Shown here piece by piece: positions 49,763 to 64,000 of a DNA stretch of 64,000 nucleotides; positions within the stretch are counted from its first letter, which is position 1; the number at the start of each line of letters is the position of its first letter. The translations under genes and the position numbers were made by a program. The notes beneath the pieces are model-generated. The model was given only the letters and a program-made list of their open reading frames with translations, did not search any database and was not told where the DNA came from. This stretch comes from Peribolospora baueri (taxonomy: Eukaryota): contig JAMDHS010000070.1 in assembly GCA_029717555.1 (NCBI GenBank), forward strand, positions 1 to 64,000, written 5' to 3'.

Positions 49763-52617
49763 TCATCGATGCTTGACGCGGCGAGTAACGATGAGAGGTA
49801 ATCCTCCAGTAGGCTTCATCGTGATAGCCGAATCCATCCTGGGCTTCTGATCCTTTGAGACCGGTGCAAACTCAAAGTGGGCGACGAGGACGCTGACAGA
49901 AAGTACGATGATAGTAAAGTCAGATGACAATGGAGATGGACGATGCTACGAAATCGCATGGAGGCTCACCAAACGACTGCCTTCATCTCTCTGCAATCGG
50001 CACCCCCGATAGCGATACGAGCCAGACCAGAAAATTAGAAACCATTGGGAAAAAAACAAAACGGGGAGGAAGCAAATTGGAGACACTTGCAGATAAGACA
50101 TCGTCCGCCCAATGCACTGATGAGCCCTGCAAGAGCGAAGAACAGGGAGCAGCGTAAGTCCATCAGCAACCTTGACCTCTACCGTTCAACGGCCTTGAGT
50201 ACTACGGTCGAACGACTCTTACCCGGCAATGAAAGTGAGCATGGAGAAAGTTTTATCGTACTTCTCGGGCAAGTCAAACCAGCGTTCAGGGCGGACTGCA
50301 GAGCCACGAGGGCAAGAGAGAATGAGCTCGGTGTGATGCTCAAGCAGAAGCCAGCACCTACGCCAGAAGGTCGAGTCAACTTACAGGTGAGTGCATCGTT
50401 CCCCCACACTCGTTTGTCGGTGTTTACGGCACGGTTGGCAATGGCAAGCAACTAGAATGAGAGTATAACTCTTCAGCATCAGCCAACCCTCATCAAAACG
50501 AACGTCTGTCAACAAGAGGTAAATACGCACAGTACCCTTGGGGATGAAAACGCCGTCGATGTAGTCTGATTTTGCGGCTTGCCTCATGGTTCGCTGTCAC
50601 GGACGGTTACTCAAATCAAGTAAGTCATCTGTGACGGGATGAGGTTCACTCAGACCACGATACACACCGGCACCGGAGGCATAAACCTCATGGTCTCGTT
50701 TACGACCGCGTCAAGATAGGCCAGTTGCTTGACCTCACTGTACGCCGGGATCGGGTCAGCGTTTAGAAGGGTGGAACATTCCTCGGCAAGTTTCGCCTGC
50801 ACATCGGGGTGGGTAGCTAGCATCCAGAGCATCCAAGAGACACCTGCGAAGAAGAAAGGCACGATGAAAAAAAGGGTTCGGCGGCACCTTCACTTCAGAT
50901 AGCTGTAACGAGCTATACTCACCGCTTGCCGTAGTTTCATGGCCAGCGCCAAGAAACGTGAGCTACAAAAAAAGGTGGCGCCTTCTCTTAATATCGCTAC
51001 AGCCGACGTCACTTCAAAGCATTGAAGAGAACCTGTGCATTTAACTCACAACCTGCGAGACCATGTCTTTCTCGGTCGTGATCGTGCCGCCCTCGTCCTG
51101 CCGAGTCTTGTCGATAATGCCAATGATTGACTTGGGGGCCTCTGGACCCGCCTGATCTTCATCGCTTAGTTGACGGTTAAGGATTTCGCGGGATACGAGC
51201 TTGATGCGATGCATCGCGTTGAGGAATTTAAAAAGCACGCCAAGCTGGCCAGGAAGTCCCGTGCTGGAAGACCACGCTGAGGCATCGCTTAGCCGGTCCA
51301 ACACCCAGGGAGCTCCAGGAATTTGAAGCAGAGCTAACAAGCTGCCAAAATTGCGTCCTTGAAAGGGAATTCGTCGCATTTCATTGAGTGACGCACCAAA
51401 TTGTGTAGGTCGATCCAAATGCACTTACCGTTTTGTAGGCTTATAAGCTGATGATAGGCGGTACCGAGTTCGTTATTGGTGTTGGCCAGCGCATCTGTTC
51501 GGTAGCCTAGAAAAAGAGAATATTATCAAAGCAATGTTGCCTTTAGCTCGTACGCCGACCTGCATAATACAAGCACACGCTTACCGAATGCGGTTTGACA
51601 GATGATGTCTAGCAAAGCACGCGAGCACCAATCAGCGCAGTCAATGACCGTTTCTTTGGAGCCCGTGTTCTGGTCAATCTGTTGGTTGAACATGTCGACG
51701 AGCGAGTAAATAGAGCCATAATAAGTCGGGAACTCTGCAGGGAATGGCAAGGGCGTCGTTAGCAGATTCACAAAACGTGTGAACTCCACGAAAGAGAGGA
51801 CTACTTACGAGCAATGATGTTCGTCAAGGAGAAAGCAGGATTCATCGTTTTGCGCATGTTCTTGTGCATGTTTCCTTCTACAGTCAAAAGACCGTATCCA
51901 GCGGCCTAAAGAAAGCCGAAGCGAGCGCCAACGTCAATACACAAAGCGAAACGAACGACGAGCGACCCTGTGTTGAAATTGGTTCCTACCAGGCCGAGTG
52001 CGCTCGCAACGAATGAGGGCTGCAGCAGTGAGAAAAACAAGGACGGCGAACGGAGGAAAGGGAATAAAGGAATCGGAGCCAGTACAGAGGTGGTGTTTGA
52101 CCAGGACCATCTTCGCACACGGCGGAAGGCTACAGGTCTCACTTTCGGATAAGAATAGGGCTCCTCAACAAGGATCTTGCGAAGAGCAGACGGCCTTAAG
52201 AACGCGACCAATTCGTAGCCAAAGGGCCAGAGGATCCTTACGTGACCGGCATCACCGTACTGGATCGAATGGACAGAAGCAGTAGCACCACTCGTACAGC
52301 ATCAGCGGTCCGTCAGCGAGCCTGGTCACGCGACTGAGAATGGATGGCTATTGCCAGGGGGGCACGAAGACGCGTTCCATAGAACGCACCTTTTCAGTCC
52401 ATTCTATCTCAAGTTCAGCCCCTTGGCTTCGAGCAATGTTCCCGAACTGCCCCAGCACGATGTTCCCCACTGGGGGGCCAGGAAGGTGGCGCAAAGGAGA
52501 CAGATGTCGAGGCTGTATGTAAAGATATATGAAAAACGCTATGAAACAGCCAGTTGCAGTGAAAGCCCCGGTGATTAGGGATGAGACGAGGTCAGCTTGA
52601 TGTATGTGGGACAGCAT
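49763..52617 (-). CDS. Cytochrome P450 monooxygenase, many introns
   Basis: N-terminal TM segment plus PLRHLPGPP, I-helix FLGAGHETTA, K-helix ETMR and spliced heme motif FIAGAHQCIG. Confidence 0.93.
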
Positions 52618-53151
52618 GGCGTTGGTGGGGTGAGCTGCGCAAGCGAGTCGACGAAACGCTATTCTTTTCCATCCCCTCCAGGGCCGGCACTTAAATAAGG
52701 CGCGGAGGCAGAAATGACACGCAGGACCATCCACCGTCCTCGACGACGATGCGGAGAAGAGAGAGGGGCATGTGAAAGAAAGAACAGCGCGCATTTCGCT
52801 GTTGGGACGCGGCCGTCGATCACCGGCACGTGATCAGGCATGGTCGAGAGCCGCAGCAAATGACGCTCGCAACAACGCTCGCAAGAATCAAGGTACGAGA
52901 GGACGATGGAGACGGCGCGAGGCTCAGCTTCATCTTTACATCTCTTCCGTCCCTCCTGCCTCCTCCCTCTCCCTCTCCCTCTTTCCGCGTCCATTCATCC
53001 TCCCCGTTCGGCTTGGCGCAGCCAGGATCCGCCGGCCCGGGCTGGCTGGCTGGTTGGGACGAGACGAGACGTCTGAATCTCTCCATCGAGTCGCCCTCGT
53101 CCCGTAGGCGGCCGCCTCCTCTTTCGGCACTCAAACCCGCCAGCATCGACG

Positions 53152-56100
53152 ATGCACCCCCTTATTCACCTCCTCCTCACCACTGCTGCCCTCTACGCCT
53201 TTCTCCACGCCCTCCGCCTTTTTACCCCGCTAGGCCGCCGCCTCTTCCGCCCCTCCACCGCCGTCGGTAGCCGTGTCCACCTCACCCTCGGGTGGGCATA
53301 CGTCAAGGTTGAGACGACGGCTTGGAATGAGGTGCCGCGCAGGTTCGTGAGGTGGTTGGATGGCGCAGGCGCTGATGGCGGCAGCGACGGCGGTGTTGGA
53401 ACGGGTGTCAGGACGCACGGGGCGGACAGACGATGGGCTCGAGATCGAGCTCGTCAACTCCCCAACACCTCGCCTTCGTCTTCTTCCGACGACCTCCGAT
53501 CGCACGCCGACCTCCAGAAGCAGCATCAGCACCAGTCCCACCCTCCCAGTGCCACTCCTACCTCCCCTCCAATTCTCACACACCCTCCCTCCAAATCCCA
53601 CCACCTATCCCCTCGTCACCTCCCGCCATCCCGCCCCCGCCGCCTCCTCCGCTTCTTCTACGACCTGGCAGCGCTGTTCGCTCTCCTTGGTGTGCTTGCC
53701 TCCTTCCTCGTCTTACTCGTTGCTGCATGGCAGTTGCTCGGTGGGCTCGTGCGCCTCGCTGGCGGAACGGCGGCGGGGGGAGGGGGAGTGGGAGTAGGGG
53801 TGGCCGAGGCGGTTCTGGAGCAGACGGCAGCGAGAGGATTGCAGAAGAGAGCGTTCGCGGACGCTCCTTCTCTCACTGAGGCGGAGAGAGTGAGGAGGGG
53901 AGGTCACACTGCCATCCTAACGCCCCTGGTGCGTCGATGTGCTCGTCCAGGTGCTCTCTGGCCGGCTCGCCCCGTCTCACATGCTCGTCTTCGTCGTCTT
54001 TTCCCTCCCATCAGATCCCAGGCGTCACCGTGCCAGCGAGCCACGCTTTCCCGCTCTTGCTTGCTCTTTTCGTATCTCAGGTCGTACACGAAGCCGGACA
54101 TGCCATCGCTGCCGCCGCGTGAGTCGAGCCGAGTCGAATTGAGTCATCAGGCCCCACTCTCTTCCGGCTAATAGAGCAGCTTCACTCACGCTCCCTTTTT
54201 TTGGCCCTCGTTCTCTCCACGCCACCAGTGAGGATCTACCCATCCTCTCCGCTGGCGTTGTCATCCTTTTCCTCGTCCCAGGCGCCTTTGTCTCCCTCCC
54301 TTCCTCTCCTTACCAATCTCCCTCCTCCTCGTCGCCAGGACGAGACCACTCCGCTCGCACGCGCCGACACGACACCGCCCGACCATCGAAACTTGCCACC
54401 TTGCCCACTCTCCCTTCCCTTCCCCCTCTCCCCCGCCTTCGCATCCTCGGTGCCGGCAGCTGGCACAACTTTGTGGTTTTCGTCCTCTGCCTCCTCCTCG
54501 GTTCGCTTGGTCTCGGATCGGCACTCGCGAGGTGGTCCGGTGGATGGAAGGAGGTGGCGGATGGCGTCGTCATCGAGAGCGTCGCTGAGGTAAGGGGGAG
54601 GATCTACCCTAATTTAGGTTGGGAGAGGATGGGAATTGATTGGATCTGTTCTCTATCTCTTTTTATTTCCTTGTTTCTATTTGCCTACTCATTCTCGCAC
54701 GCAGTCCTCTCCACTCTTGCCCTATCTTTCTCCCGCGTCCACGATCGTTAGGATCAATGACTTTTCCCTCGCCGCTGACACGCTCGACGCCCGGCAGGAA
54801 CGATGGGACAGTTTTTTGTTGGGGAGCGGGGGTGGCGGTGGGGTCGATGGAGACGGAAGACGGGAGATGGGGTGGTGTGTCAACAGAAAGTGGTTTGAAG
54901 GTGATGCATCGCCGTCGTCGCCTTTTAGCTCCCCGGTTGATCGTCGGATTGAGCAGTGGTCTCTAAATAATTCTTCTTTATGTCCCATCCAGCCCTTCCG
55001 ACAGATTGCTGCAAACCAGGCTCCTCAGGACCGTCCTTCTCCGAGTCTTCTCCCTCGTCCTCCTTGGAAGGACGACGAGGTGCCGCTTTCAACGATAACG
55101 GCGACGATGGCGAGGGTGAGGGTTCTGGCGCGACGTTGTGCTTCCTCCCTTCCGAGCCTTCCTTCTCGTCCTCACGGCATGAAGGGCACTGTCTCGACCC
55201 CACCCCTCTCCTTACCGCCAACCCCAACATCACCGCGCCATTCCCCCCATCCCTCTCCAGTACGTACCCCGACGCCAAGTCTCTCGGCTCCCGGAGGTGC
55301 GTGGACGTTTGTGGAAGGGAGGGCGAGCGCGAAGGAGAGGAGCGGGAGCAAGTCTGTGTAAAGCCGGACTCGCGCGCCGGCCTATTGAGGATCGCTTTCG
55401 TCCCGCCGCCTTGGGAGGCAAGGCCGATAGTGCGTGACGGGGAGGCTTCCTCGGAGCACTCTAGAGGCGAGGTGGTAGTATTGTTTCAAGGGCCCAGATG
55501 GGCCGTCTGGGAGCAAGGTGAGCAGATGCGGAATTGACGGCGATTTTCTTTTCATCGGAGAAGCGATCAAGATCGTCGTTTTCCGACTCGCTCATGTCTC
55601 TTGCGCACCGTGCTCCTTTTCGCGCTCGCAGTTCGTACGACGCCCCTTCGACCCACGTTCGGCCCTTTTCTCCGCCTCTCTCTCGGAACAAACCTGTTCA
55701 GCGATCCGTCGCTGAGCCTCTCCCTCACGCCCGTGACTCTCCCGCGTCGCCTCGCGCTCTTCTTTTACGCCTACCTCCCCTCCCTCTCCCTCGCACTCGC
55801 CGTGCTCAACCTCCTCCCCGCTTGGAGGCTCGACGGCGCCGAGGTCCTTCGAGCGGCGTTGGAGGAATACTTTGCGCGTCAAGAGGCGGAGCGAGGATCC
55901 GCGGGTGCGAGGAAAGCGAATGCGAGAGGAAAGATGAAAACGAAACCGAAATGGACGGGCACGGGAGAGAGGCTAAGTAGGAGGGGCCATTCGTCACGTG
56001 CTTCGTCTTCGGCTGAGGGAGGGACAGCGGAAGATGATGCGCTCGCGTTCTTTGCCGAGGGAGATCGACGGTCGTCCTCTTTCGACGTCGAGATGGTCGG

Positions 56101-56497
56101 TGCGGGGCACTTTGGCGGCGAAGACGAAGACGAATATGACGGCAGCGATGAGGAGGACGAGGATGATGTGGATGGATTTATCGGAGAAGGCGACGGCGGC
56201 GGCAGCGACGGCCATGGTGTGCGGGACCGAAACCGAGGTAGAGACGGGAAGCCATCGCCGTCGTCATCGTCGCCGCACGCTCTGTCATCAGGCTTGTCGA
56301 TATCTCGATCAACTCCTCCAACACCCGCTCACGCCGCACGCTGGCGTCCTCGGGTCCGACGCTCGTGGCGATCAGCGCCGGCGCATGCGAGGGCGGCGGA
56401 CAGGGTAGCTCGGAGGGTGGAGTGGGCCGTCGGGGCGGCTGCCGTGCTCGTTCTCGGCGGGATGACGCTCCTGTCCGCCTTCATGGGCGTCCCATAG
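53152..56497 (+). CDS. Site-2 protease (peptidase M50, MBTPS2-like), multi-exon
   Basis: IPGVTVP, HEAGH zinc motif, ILGAGSWHN, Cys-rich lumenal region, NLLPAWRLDG. Confidence 0.9.
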
Positions 56498-56821
56498 TCA
56501 GCTAATCAGTGCTTCCCGAGGTATCGCCACCACCTTTTTCCCCGTCGACGCAACCGCTACAACATAAACAGTGCCCAACGCGACGATACGCGGTCCTGAG
56601 CCAGCTAGGCCGGCCATTTTCCCCTCTCTCTCTTTCTCTCTCTCTCTCGCATTCTCTTCCGTTTCCGTCCCTGACTCGACCTGGCGGGCGCACCGGATCG
56701 GCCGGGTTCGGAACGAACAAACGACGTAGACGCACGCATGCATGTAGCTGTACCCCTGACACGCACACCGGAATCGAACTATCTTCATTAAAGAATATTT
56801 TTCCGGGAGGATGGAGAGGAA

Positions 56822-60616
<3,795 letters not shown>

Positions 60617-61067
60617 GGCGGACGGAGGTATGGCGATGGTTGAAGGGGATGAGACTGTCTACGAGGATGAGGAGGAGGACGAGGAAGGAGAGAATAAGCT
60701 AGACAGTGAAGAGAGGAAGAAGACGTCGCTGTTCCTTCTCTCTGCGCACTTCCGACTCAGATGCGCTCCTAGCGCGGAGGAAGAAGGGCCGACCTCTTAT
60801 CTAGCCCCGCCTAAGCCCGCCTGTCTCCTCCGGCTGGCGGCTGCCGCAGCAGCAGCTCGGCGAGGCGGCAGCGTGGACGGAACGATCGAAGTGACGCAAT
60901 GCAGTGATGAGGCGAGAGACGGCGAGACGAGCTGAGCTGAGCTGAGCTCCGACCATCGAATGAACCACCATCGCCGCCTCCTCTCGCGATACTCCACGTC
61001 GCCAATCGCAAGCACGCTCCACGTACACTCAACACCCGCGAGAAGCGCATACTGGAAAACTGCCACC

Positions 61068-61492
61068 ATGTCCGATTCGACCAAGCGCGGCGACGAGGAG
61101 CGGCAGTTCACCATCCAGCCTCACCCGGCGACGACGAACGACCCCAACAACGACCCTGCCCTTGGCACCGGCGGGGGCGATTTCCAGAGCATCCAGGACA
61201 AGCTCATGTCCCGTCCCGGCAATCGCAAGTTTGAGGCCCAAGCCGCCATCGCTTCTCACCCAGGGCCGCAGATTGTGACAGGCGCTGAGGCGAGCAAGGT
61301 TGAGCAGCCGAAGAGTGCGTGCTAAGGACTGCCGTATGAACATATGCAGCGGGTGATATGTTTGTGTGTGAGGTAGAGCTCACCGACACAGCCATCCTTG
61401 TCGTTCCTCGCTATTCCGTCTGTGATCCTCTTCCTACTTTCCCCTCAGGTCACGAAGAGCTCCAAGCGCGCGCGAAGGAGCTGAACAAGTAG
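61068..61492 (+). CDS. Small hydrophilic fungal hypothetical protein (2 exons)
   Basis: Kozak-like GCCACCATG, then QFTIQPHPATTNDP...HPGPQI...EQPKS / HEELQARAKELNK*, with one GT-AG intron. Confidence 0.75.
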
Positions 61493-62311
61493 ATTTGGCA
61501 TTTCTGCGATCTTCTGATTTCCGTCATAGTCTTCTCAGCTTTGCTTTCTGCTTCGCCGTCGTCCCTCATGTTCACTCTCCTTCGCGATGTATGATGCGCC
61601 TTCGCCACTGTCATCACCTCTATCGTCCTCATCGCCCTTCATTTCCCTCTCTCTGCCATTGTACTTAGACGCTCTCCGCTTCTTTCCTGTAGTCTAACTA
61701 GCCATCCCACTCCTCTGTAGCTCCATCAGCCCCATCTCATCTCATTCCTCAGAACACGAGACAGCTGCTCCTCCTCTCTCACCTCCTCTTGCTCCTTTTG
61801 TTTCAAATGGAAAACACTCAGTGAGCTTGACGGTCTAGCCGAGCACCGAGAAACCCTTTCCTCTGCGAGGTGTCTCTCTCCCGTCATCTATTATCTCGTC
61901 AATGAGCTGTTATCGCTCCCTCTTTGCGTATGCCACAAGAGCGATAGGAACCAGAGATGTCGCTTACCACTGCTGCCCGTGCATACGCGAATGTTATCTA
62001 TGCACTGGAGCTAGACAACAGACCTCAAACGTCCACAGCTGAAACCGAGTCGAGTCGACGTTCCCATTCCGCACAGGATTGAGCGGCCGACTTGACCGAG
62101 CCACCCGACGACCTGCCGCGGGACAGAACGCAGCCCAAGCTTGCCGCAGCAGAGCCAGCGCCGCGTTGGATCGGGGTGGGAACGACTTCGTTGGGCAGAC
62201 AAGGCGTCCAGTCTTCGTACCTTACCGCCGGAGATAACCACATCTCTCCTTTCCCCCCTTCCTCCCATCCGGAACGACTGTGACTAGCGGAAGAGCGTAG
62301 CAGAAGCGAGG

Positions 62312-64000
62312 ATGATGAGCAGCACCAGGACGGGCTTCGGCTCCGGCGCAGGTTTCGGCTCTGGGTCGTCGGGATCGGGGTGGGCGGACTGGGCGACGCA
62401 GTTCGGAGGAGGAAGTTCGTCGGCACCCTCGAGGAAGGTTGAGAGCTATGTCGGTGAGTAGCATTGGGAGATGGAGGCGGACAGGGAAGGAGGAAGGCAA
62501 CGCGGGGCAGGGCGGGAGTCGCCGTGGAAAGAAGGAGGGAAGGCATGCAAGAAGAAGCATCTCAGAGCCACGAGCTCACCCGCTAACTCGGCTTCTCTGC
62601 CTCGTCTCTCGACCTCTCTCTTCTCTCTGCGCTGGGTGCTTCGCACGCACGACAGAGCGATGCTGTGATCCATCCCTCTTTGAGCCCAACCTCGCCCTCG
62701 ACCTCGAGCTGGCCGATTACATCAACCAGAAGAAGGCAAACACGTGCGTGTTCTCCCCTTCCTCTCTCATCGCTCCTGCTGCCCTTTCCATGTGCGCAAA
62801 GCTGACGGTCAGTTGGCACTCCTTCGTACACCGCCCCGGTAATCTGCACAGACCACGAGATGCTGCTGTCGCCGTTGTGAAAATGGTGAACCATCGCAAT
62901 CCTCACGTGTCCATGCTGGCGTTGCATGTAAGCTGTTCGACCTCATTTCAGGCTGAGTCTGGCACATTTGGGGAACATAGGGCCGTAGCTAATCCTATCA
63001 ATCGAATACCGTCTACTTCCATCTCGTTGCTTTCCTCGCTCCTTCGCTGCACCCCAGCTCCTGGACATCCTGGTCAAAAACTGCGGCTACCCTTTCCACC
63101 TCCAAATCGCGACGAAAGAGTTCCTCAACGAGCTCGTCAAGCGCTTCCCCGAGCGCCCTCCAGCCGTACCCAACCCGGTAATGAACAAGATACTGCAGCT
63201 CGTGCACCAGTGGAAGCAGACGATCTGTCTTACGAGCAAATACAAGGAGGATTTGGTGCATATCAGGGATATGCATCGGTTGTTGTGCTATAAAGGTGGG
63301 ACACCCCGTCGCGATTGCCTTTTCCACCCTCTTTTCCATCAAGAAGGGATGGCTGTGTCCGCCTTGTTCCAGTCTCGTCGTCTCGATCTGACGTTGTGGA
63401 CTTGTCCATCGACCCCTTCCCTTTCACAGGATATCGCATGCCAGAGGTGGATCGACGATCAGAAGCGGTGATGAACACCAGCGAGGTGAGCGCGATTTTG
63501 CCCCGCCCGTCGTCCATGGTTGCCGTCGAAGATCGCAAGACGACACTTTGTGCAGCGAAAACTAAGCTTAGTAAGAGTGTTTGGCGCGTGTCATCGCCCT
63601 CGTTGTGGTTGGTAGAACTTCAAATCTCCAAACGAGTTGGAGGAAGAGGATCGTGCGGCACAAGGCGCGGTGAGTACATCAGCTGCCGCCCCTCACAATC
63701 AGGGACATTTGCACACGTCAATAACTAGCAGCAAACTGAAGTCTAGTGCCGTTTAAACAACCTGTTCATCCTCGTCCCTCCAATAACCTGCTCCAACAAA
63801 ACATTTGCAGAAACTCCAAGAGCTCATCCGAAGAGGCACGCCGCGGGATTTGGCAGCTGCTCAGGAGCTCATGAAGGTCATGGCTGGCGCGGTACGTTGT
63901 GATACCGCGTCCTGCTCGACCTCGCTGTTGTCCGGCGCCCGGCTCTAGGGCTCACGTTCATTCGTTCTTTCGATTTGACCCCCGATCGCTTCTCACGCGC
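62312..64000 (+). CDS. GGA2: GGA clathrin adaptor (VHS-GAT), 3' end outside the window
   Basis: ERCCDPSLFEPNLALDLELADYINQKKANT/PRDAA, LLDILVKNCGYPFHLQIATKEFLNELVKRFPERPP, HIRDMHRLLCYKG, KLQELIRRGTPRDLAAAQELMK. Confidence 0.92.

Noticed and set aside
50116..50145. CTGATGA hammerhead-like core
   Set aside because: It is followed by GAAG rather than GAAA, has no supporting stems and is simply the antisense of the P450 heme-motif exon.

Overview
Intron-rich fungal genomic DNA, most likely basidiomycete (inferred from the gene families and GT-AG introns with CTRAC-type branch sites). Host genes called from spliced translations are a CHAT-domain protease (3' end only), an Rsr1/Rap1 GTPase, an NDUFA4-like subunit, a divergent H2B/H2A pair, a PX-domain protein, a CipC-like protein, CSN4, an enoyl-CoA hydratase, NBS1, UBC6, a DUF6533-type membrane protein, a cytochrome P450, a site-2 protease, ARG5,6, a GGA adaptor (runs off the window) and two small hypothetical proteins. 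There are two transposon zones. The first (about 1.3-4.3 kb) is a degenerate APE-RT LINE whose 3' tail runs into a telomere-type TTAGGGTTAGG and a predicted three-way-junction RNA. The second (about 24-40 kb) is an island of scrambled Ty3/Gypsy and Tad-like LINE relics with inversions and duplications, a 64-bp minisatellite bounded by TG...CA inverted ends, and a probable decayed 5' part of DNA ligase IV. No tRNA, rRNA or CRISPR array could be supported. All calls come from reading the sequence by eye; no database searches were run.
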